Positions 58,273 to 64,000 of a stretch of DNA of 64,000 nt are shown piece after piece. Position 1 is the first letter of the stretch. The number at the start of each line of letters is the position of its first letter. This DNA is from a virus. The stretch covers positions 1 to 64,000 of IMG/VR virus record IMGVR_UViG_3300031787_000068, one strand, 5' to 3'. The notes under the pieces were generated by a model. It worked only from the letters and a program-made list of their open reading frames with translations. It did not search any database and was not told the DNA's origin. A program made the position numbers and the translations under genes.

Positions 58273-58530
58273 ATGAAAAAACTAAATAATAAAGAAAGGA
58301 ATGAAATACTAAATCTATCTAAAAGATTTATAGATATACATTCTCAAATAGTTAAAGTAGAAAAAGAGATTCAATTTTTAGAAACCCAATCTTCTAATCT
58401 CCTATCAGATTTAGAATTTTGCAGAGAAATCGAAAGAGAATTCTGTAAAAAAATGTCTAAAAAATACGGAGAAGGAGAATTAGACCCTTTATCAATGACA
58501 TGGAAAATCAAGACGGAAAAAGTAAAATAA
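58273..58530 (+). CDS. Small coiled-coil protein
   Basis: Heptad pattern ending KYGEGELDP; AATATATA at 58219..58226. Confidence 0.6.
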   Translation: MKKLNNKERNEILNLSKRFIDIHSQIVKVEKEIQFLETQSSNLLSDLEFCREIEREFCKKMSKKYGEGELDPLSMTWKIKTEKVK

Positions 58531-59369
58531 AAAAAATTAGCGAAACTTTAGAATCTATATCTAAAATAGTTTCAAATAGACTAGTTCTTATAGGGATAAT
58601 AATTCTTCTTATATTCTTATCTATAAGACAATGCGAAAGAGCTGTTTCTGCAGAAGCAGATTCTAAAAGACAGCATAATAATTATCTAGCCATGCAAGAT
58701 TCTGTGAGGATAATAAAAAAAGAAAAAGATCATCTAATAGTCGAGAAATCTGCTATGGAGATGAAAGTTTCTGAACTTACCGAAGAACAAAAAGAGCTAA
58801 TAAGAAAATTAGGACTTAAAGGGAATGGAAAAGGGGGGACTCCTTCAGTTGTAACCGATGTTGAAATTATATATGTTGATAGATTTGTAAATGTTCCCAC
58901 GAAAGTGGAAAAGGATAAAGACGGAAAAGAATCCATAACTTTTACACATTCTCCGGAAATGAAAGGAAATAATAGCCTAACTATATCTGGAAAAATTCCT
59001 TACAGCTTCGACATAGTAAAAAGCGATAAAGAAGATCTTGTATTTACAAGATTGAATGCAGGAAAAGCCCAGTTAGACATAAAACAAAATATAGAAATAA
59101 CTACCGGAATTTATAGGGATCCAGATACCAAAAGATTAATGACGAGAGTATCTACGGAATATCCCGGAATAGAATTTAAAGACGTCAACTCTTTTACTAT
59201 ATTGGACACGAAAGAAAATAGGGATGCTTTAAAGGCATCTAGAAAACCATATGGAATAGGGGTTAATTTCGGAATAGGATTAGCAGCAAATCAAAAGGGA
59301 ATAGGGCCAGGTGTTTATCTAGGAATCGGAATCCAATACTCGCCTAAATTTTTACAATTCGGAAAATAG
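58500..59369 (+). CDS. Membrane-anchored spanin-like protein
   Basis: N-terminal TM (LVLIGIIILLIFLSIRQC), coiled coil, C-terminal amphipathic beta-hairpin YGIGVNFGIG...GVYLGIGIQYS. Confidence 0.55.
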   Translation: MENQDGKSKIKKISETLESISKIVSNRLVLIGIIILLIFLSIRQCERAVSAEADSKRQHNNYLAMQDSVRIIKKEKDHLIVEKSAMEMKVSELTEEQKELIRKLGLKGNGKGGTPSVVTDVEIIYVDRFVNVPTKVEKDKDGKESITFTHSPEMKGNNSLTISGKIPYSFDIVKSDKEDLVFTRLNAGKAQLDIKQNIEITTGIYRDPDTKRLMTRVSTEYPGIEFKDVNSFTILDTKENRDALKASRKPYGIGVNFGIGLAANQKGIGPGVYLGIGIQYSPKFLQFGK

Positions 59370-59371
59370 AT

Positions 59372-61777
59372 ATGTCTTTTAGTTATACTCCTAAATTTTT
59401 TCAGCTTACCTCTTATCTATTGATGGAATATAGGTATGCAGATAGTCCAAACCCAGAAATTTATTTTACCAATTCGGGTCCTACAACCGTGGGATATGAT
59501 AAATTGGTAAATGGTTTTATGGAAAACTCCATACAGATATTAAATCCAGATGTGGATTCTTCTATAACCAATAATACTCTATCTAATAGCGTAGTTAAAA
59601 TTTCAGAATCATCTTATGTGACACTAGATCCTAATCTTCCGGTTCCATTTAATGATTTTTCCGATGAATTGACAAATACCCAAAATTTACCTGTAGTTTT
59701 TCCTCAGAATCTCCCTGTAGTTTATGATAGTGTAAGGTATCATATAAGAGCAGGATATAATTTAAATAATATAGATGGTATTATTGCAACTATAGAATTT
59801 CCCGACCAAAACGGTAAATATGTAACCATGTCTCAGGTCCTAATAAGAAAAGGAACTAACCAAGAATATGAATTTAGTCCTAGTCCCATTTCCATAGGAT
59901 CTGCTATATATGATAAGTATTTAGAGATTAAGATCCCTAATCTTAAATCGATGAACGATGAGTATCTTTCAGCTTCTGATTTTTCTAAGCCTGATACTCT
60001 AGCAGCATTGATAAGTCAAAGTGGTAAAGGATTTATATATGGTGCACCATTAAGAATTTCTTTAAATGAGGTCCAAAGTATAACAACATACACCGGAAAT
60101 TACGAGAAATATAACACTGCAAGACTTTCTACCCTTTCTCTTGAACAGGAAGATCCTTTTTCTAATATAGGAGCCATAATAAAAGAATCGGACCAGGGAC
60201 AATTTTTTGAATATTTCGCAACCGATAACGAAGGATTTATTGAAGATTTCATATTATTCCAAAACTCTATAGGGAATAGTTATTTCATTTCACACCAAAT
60301 ACAAGTCGTCGAACAGATAGGAGCTTCTTTTATAGAGACGTCTAGATTTGAAAGTATACAAACCACTGCTTATGATGTCCCTAATTATTATCGACCAATA
60401 GTTAAGAATGCCGGGGTCGCTGCGAGTTTTAGTCTTAGGTATACCATGTCTTTAGTTAATAATAAGGATCAATCCAGGGTAATAAGAGTAGGAACCTATA
60501 CTTCTACAAATCCTTCCCAGTGGGGAACTAATATAACTCCTATCCAGCTTTCTAATTTTCCCCAGGTTCAAAAAATTTACAATAAGATATACGGACAGGT
60601 GTCTTCTTCTTCGGGCCAAAGAAAAATATCCCCTGTAAAAATACTAGAAAGAACAAAGTATATCAATAGTATACTCCAACAAAATTATGTAACTACAGTT
60701 TTCAATAATATTTCCATACCCAACGAGAGTATTTCTACAACGGGGAGCACTTCCGTAGAAGCTATAGGAACTGGTAAATTGACCATAGAAGTTTCTCCTT
60801 TTGATAATTTGTACAAATTTAAATTCATAAAAACTGGATCTGACGGATCCCCAATTGATATAGATCTAACTTCCTTTGGAATTATTAGAATATCTTTTAT
60901 TGCCGAAAAAGGAGAAAAGTTAAATATAAAATCTTTTTCGGATAATACAATCGCAAATCCAGGAAAAGGAGAGATTTTATTTAAGATAGATGAATCTAAT
61001 GCCTCTAAAGTATTAAGCTTTAAAGATAGAAGATTCTTTATAACTTCCGGAACTGAAGATCCGGATCCTTCTAAATCTTTGAATCCGGAGAAATCTATCC
61101 GGGAATCCGCAAAGAGACCGATCGAGCCTTTAGTTTCTCTGAAGAAAGGAATAAAAGGAAGAATATTGGATAGAGCTAATGCAATCAATGCCGCAAAATC
61201 TATATCCGACCCAGCTAAAACTTTTCAGGCAAACGTTATATACTGGGGATACTGGAAGCCTGCAGGAGAAAAAGATGTAGTGGAGTTACCTCCAACTTCC
61301 TCTTCTTCCGCTATAGGCCTAGAAGGATTGCCTGTTATAAAGAGGCCAATAAACCCTCCTGCTAAATCCCCAGCAAAACCTTCTGTTAATACGCTGAAAC
61401 CTGCTTCTAGCTTTGATGTTTCTTCTGCACTCGGAACCACCGGATCGAATCAGTCCCAGGGCGATATTCTATCTTCTTTAACCGGAACAGCTTTAGATAA
61501 TTCTATAATCACAGGAATAAAGAATATATTTAGCCAAAATTCAACGGGATCTATTTCTACCTCACAGCAAGGATTTGGATTTAATTTTGCTTCTCCGACA
61601 AGTAATTTCACGGATCTAAATATTATAGTTGACCAACTTGTAGATTTATATTCTAAATACCCTCAGACCACGAAGAATAAATTTTTAGGTTTATATAGTA
61701 ATGCTACAAATAATATTAATGGATATAGTATTTTAGATATATCTACTATAAAAAATAGACTTACAATTCAAATATAA
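59372..61777 (+). CDS. Putative virion structural protein with low-complexity C-terminal extension
   Basis: 801 aa, beta-rich N-terminal part, P/S-rich tail. Confidence 0.5.
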   Translation: MSFSYTPKFFQLTSYLLMEYRYADSPNPEIYFTNSGPTTVGYDKLVNGFMENSIQILNPDVDSSITNNTLSNSVVKISESSYVTLDPNLPVPFNDFSDELTNTQNLPVVFPQNLPVVYDSVRYHIRAGYNLNNIDGIIATIEFPDQNGKYVTMSQVLIRKGTNQEYEFSPSPISIGSAIYDKYLEIKIPNLKSMNDEYLSASDFSKPDTLAALISQSGKGFIYGAPLRISLNEVQSITTYTGNYEKYNTARLSTLSLEQEDPFSNIGAIIKESDQGQFFEYFATDNEGFIEDFILFQNSIGNSYFISHQIQVVEQIGASFIETSRFESIQTTAYDVPNYYRPIVKNAGVAASFSLRYTMSLVNNKDQSRVIRVGTYTSTNPSQWGTNITPIQLSNFPQVQKIYNKIYGQVSSSSGQRKISPVKILERTKYINSILQQNYVTTVFNNISIPNESISTTGSTSVEAIGTGKLTIEVSPFDNLYKFKFIKTGSDGSPIDIDLTSFGIIRISFIAEKGEKLNIKSFSDNTIANPGKGEILFKIDESNASKVLSFKDRRFFITSGTEDPDPSKSLNPEKSIRESAKRPIEPLVSLKKGIKGRILDRANAINAAKSISDPAKTFQANVIYWGYWKPAGEKDVVELPPTSSSSAIGLEGLPVIKRPINPPAKSPAKPSVNTLKPASSFDVSSALGTTGSNQSQGDILSSLTGTALDNSIITGIKNIFSQNSTGSISTSQQGFGFNFASPTSNFTDLNIIVDQLVDLYSKYPQTTKNKFLGLYSNATNNINGYSILDISTIKNRLTIQI

Positions 61778-61780
61778 TAA

Positions 61781-62326
61781 ATGATTTTAAATCCTAGAGG
61801 TAATAGCTTTTATTTTAACTTCCCAAGGGGATTTTTTCCTGAGAGGGTAACAGAAAAATATTTGCCTTATATAAAAAAACAGCCTATCCCTTTTGATACG
61901 GTAGAACAGTATATAAATAGTACGATACAGTCTATTTCTTTTCCTACTTTATCTTTAGATTCTGTTGAGCAGGTAAGAAAACTAGGAAAAAAGATAGCTT
62001 ATAAAGGATCTAATCCTGTACAGGACCTTTTTACGAAGGAATTTAGCATTACCATGAAAATGACAGATGGGTTTATGAGCTATTGGATAATGCTAGATAC
62101 AATATTAGATTTTATAAATTTTGCAAATCCCGAGGTTTTTCTCATGAACTTGCCTTTAAGGATAATGGATAGTCAAGGGGATATTGTTGCTTCGGTTGTT
62201 TTTCAAGAGGTTTTATTTACTTCTTTTGCAGAAATAGAACTAAATTATACTTCAAACAATCCTCAATTTTCTGCATTCTCTGTTGGCTTTAAATGTAATT
62301 ATCTGGATATAAAAATGGAGATATGA
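61781..62326 (+). CDS. Putative tail-tube-fold protein
   Basis: IQSISFPTL, FSITMKM, LRIMD...VVFQEVLFTSFAEIELNY...FSVGFKCN tube-like pattern. Confidence 0.5.
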   Translation: MILNPRGNSFYFNFPRGFFPERVTEKYLPYIKKQPIPFDTVEQYINSTIQSISFPTLSLDSVEQVRKLGKKIAYKGSNPVQDLFTKEFSITMKMTDGFMSYWIMLDTILDFINFANPEVFLMNLPLRIMDSQGDIVASVVFQEVLFTSFAEIELNYTSNNPQFSAFSVGFKCNYLDIKMEI

Positions 62327-62703
62327 CGGAAGAAGAATTAAAATCATTTAAAAGTTTATTGGACATCAGAAAATATCCCTATGAAGAAGAGGGAGAGATT
62401 TTAATAATTACTGGACATTCAAATGTGGATTTACAAGATATTAATTATATCCCAAAAAATGTTTGCTTCTCTAATGAAGGATTTGTTCATCTGGAAAAAT
62501 TAATTCTCCCGGAAAACACAGTATTTAGAAATGAGGGAAACATATATTTAAATGATTTAATAGGACTTTCTAAAGGGGTTAGATTTGAAAATTACAATTA
62601 TTTTCTATATGCTAACGATTTTTTCTTTTTAACAAAAGTAACTATCCCTGAGATTTCTCCTCAAAGGATAATTAATTGCTACATCAAACAAATATACGGA
62701 TAA
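62323..62703 (+). CDS. Hypothetical protein with LRR-like repeats
   Basis: IPKNVCFSNEGFVHL / LPENTVFRNEGNIYL / LSKGVRFEN. Confidence 0.55.
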   Translation: MTEEELKSFKSLLDIRKYPYEEEGEILIITGHSNVDLQDINYIPKNVCFSNEGFVHLEKLILPENTVFRNEGNIYLNDLIGLSKGVRFENYNYFLYANDFFFLTKVTIPEISPQRIINCYIKQIYG

Positions 62704-62745
62704 AAATATTTTAAAAAAAGATATATAAACTAAAAAATAATAATT

Positions 62746-62982
62746 ATGAGAACTTTTACGGAATTAAAGGAAATTAATGAAATGAAGTACGGTCAATCAC
62801 TTTATAGTGAAAAAGACCAGATGAAGAATGCTCTGATAGCTGCTTGTGGTAACGATCAAAGAGTATTGAATGATCTAGTAGATTGTCTTTCTGATCAACA
62901 AATGAAATCCTGTTTTGATAAACTATCCAAAGAATACGGATATACAGGAAGCGTAGGACAAAGCGAACCAGCTGATTTATAA
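62746..62982 (+). CDS. Small putative head cargo protein
   Basis: Tag MRTFTELKEINE; GATATATA at 62720..62727. Confidence 0.6.
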   Translation: MRTFTELKEINEMKYGQSLYSEKDQMKNALIAACGNDQRVLNDLVDCLSDQQMKSCFDKLSKEYGYTGSVGQSEPADL

Positions 62983-62990
62983 TAATTTTT

Positions 62991-63647
62991 ATGAATTTAG
63001 TCGGGATAGATTTCTCGATCAATTCTCCTTCTTTTTGTTGTCTCAAAGACGATAAGTATGTATGGGGATCTTTGACGAGATCGGATAGAACAGAAGAATC
63101 TCTTAAAAAGAATTCTAAAAAACCATTCGCAATTCTTAGCGATGTGGAGGATTTAAGATTTATTTTTTTGGATAAAAAAGAACTCCCTTCGGAATATTCC
63201 GAAAGGGAAAGAATAAAAATAGAATATTTTTTAGAAATAGTTGATAATCTATGGGATGCAATTTCTAATGAAATGGGAGACGAACCATTTAAAGTAGCTA
63301 TGGAAGGACTTAGCTTTTCTTCTAATGGTAATTCTCTTGTTGATATAGCAATGGCTACTGCTCTACTAAGAGAAAGAATCATCAATTCTATAGGAGTGGA
63401 AAATTTTCATGTTTTTTCTCCCACATCAATTAAAAAGTTTGCGGTAAAAGGAAATGCCAAAAAGGATGAACTTTACCATGCTTTGGTTGATTTAAAAGAG
63501 GAGGGAACTAATATGAATGAATTGACCCAGATACTGGAGGAAAATAAGGGAGAATGGATTACCCCGAAGAAAGTAGTTAATAAGCCAGTGGATGATATAG
63601 TAGATGCAACTTGGATTCTTTTATTTTTAAAAAATAATTTAAAATGA
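62991..63647 (+). CDS. RuvC-like Holliday junction resolvase
   Basis: VGIDFSINSP, VAMEGLSF, SPTSIKKFAVKGNAKKDEL, DDIVDA catalytic acidic residues. Confidence 0.8.
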   Translation: MNLVGIDFSINSPSFCCLKDDKYVWGSLTRSDRTEESLKKNSKKPFAILSDVEDLRFIFLDKKELPSEYSERERIKIEYFLEIVDNLWDAISNEMGDEPFKVAMEGLSFSSNGNSLVDIAMATALLRERIINSIGVENFHVFSPTSIKKFAVKGNAKKDELYHALVDLKEEGTNMNELTQILEENKGEWITPKKVVNKPVDDIVDATWILLFLKNNLK

Positions 63648-63650
63648 TCG

Positions 63651-63678
63651 GAAATATTTCTCCGATTTTAGTGTATAA
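63651..63678 (+). promoter_or_regulatory. Putative middle promoter GAAAT-N18-TATAA, overlapping the hairpin ATCGGA-N8-TCCGAT
   Basis: Upstream of SSB ATG 63713; same spacing and TGTATAA as the methyltransferase promoter. Confidence 0.4.
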
Positions 63679-63712
63679 TTTGTGTTAATTTAAAATTTAA
63701 AAAAAAGTAATT

Positions 63713-64000
63713 ATGGAAAATTTGGACATTTTTAATTTGAGTGCAGATTCTTTAGTAACTAAAGTAAATGCAAAAACAGAAAAGGATTTGGAATTTTATA
63801 AGCCTTATCCTGAAAACGGAAAAGATGGAGTTTATAAGTCTTTAATCCGTTTCGTACCTAATCCGGTAGATCCGGCTAAATCTAAAATCCACAAATATTA
63901 TGTTTATTTGAATGATCCAGTTTCTGGAGAATCATTTCCGGTAGACTGCCCTTCAACTGTGGGTAAAAAATCAATCGTAAAAGATCTTTTCTGGAAACTT
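63713..64000 (+). CDS. Single-stranded DNA-binding protein (T4 gp32-like), 3'-truncated; not in the ORF track
   Basis: Manual translation MENLDIFNL...FYKPYPENGKDGVYKSLIRFVPN...DCPSTVGKKS fits the gp32 pattern (KDG..A.IRF.P, CP.T.G). Confidence 0.75.
   Translation, partial: MENLDIFNLSADSLVTKVNAKTEKDLEFYKPYPENGKDGVYKSLIRFVPNPVDPAKSKIHKYYVYLNDPVSGESFPVDCPSTVGKKSIVKDLFWKL

Noticed and set aside
19570-62326. Bacterial contractile injection system (eCIS/T6SS/tailocin) rather than a phage
   Set aside because: The cluster includes a gp13-like neck protein and is flanked by Dda, gp32-like SSB, a RuvC-like resolvase, a holin and phage-type promoters. No cellular housekeeping genes are present.
60685-63385. 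Longer antisense ORFs (60685..61188, 62774..63385) and the many 60-130 aa shadow ORFs elsewhere
   Set aside because: They lie opposite or within well-supported genes, lack promoter or leader signals, and show the composition expected of antisense frames.
1-64000. Alternative genetic code (stop-codon reassignment, as in some large phages)
   Set aside because: Code 11 gives near-complete coding density with ORFs up to 1836 aa, and TAG, TGA and TAA all end genes right before the next start.
1-64000. tRNA, rRNA, introns, inteins, homing endonucleases or IS elements
   Set aside because: Intergenic gaps are short and AT-rich with no cloverleaf, and no LAGLIDADG, HNH, GIY-YIG, intein or transposase motifs were recognised by eye.

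Overview
This is an AT-rich, densely coding 64-kb segment of a large contractile-tailed (T4-like architecture) phage. The host is most likely Bacteroidota, judged from TAnnTTTG host-type promoters, A-rich translation starts with no Shine-Dalgarno, a Reg_prop-type propeller and a Bacteroidota-style spanin candidate. About 1-19.5 kb is an accessory region. It holds two tandem cassettes, each pairing an OmpA-C-domain protein with a convergent signal-peptide protein, plus a Dda-like helicase, a holin, a YkuD-like endolysin candidate, NlpC/P60 and SleB-like muralytic enzymes, three DUF1566/Lcl proteins, an atypical SAM methyltransferase and a Nudix hydrolase. Many of these proteins share an N-terminal tag resembling the T4 capsid-targeting sequence. 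About 19.5-62.3 kb is the tail/baseplate/neck morphogenesis cluster: gp53-, gp27-, gp5-, gp13-, gp25-, gp6- and gp7-like proteins, an embedded amidoligase, very large structural proteins, three collagen fibre paralogues and a spanin candidate. The end of the window encodes a RuvC-like resolvase and a truncated gp32-like SSB. Three promoter classes are visible: late GATATATA, a putative middle GAAA(C/T)-N17/18-TAT(A/T)A, and host TAnnTTTG. The best candidates for new biology are (1) polymorphic late/virion OmpA-domain protein + early periplasmic partner cassettes, a possible effector/immunity or superinfection-exclusion system; (2) a head-cargo tagging system; (3) a dispersed G-x-T-G motif across virion proteins, a possible modification sequon; and (4) three in-register collagen chains that may form a heterotrimeric fibre. 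All product calls come from motif recognition by eye; no database search was run.
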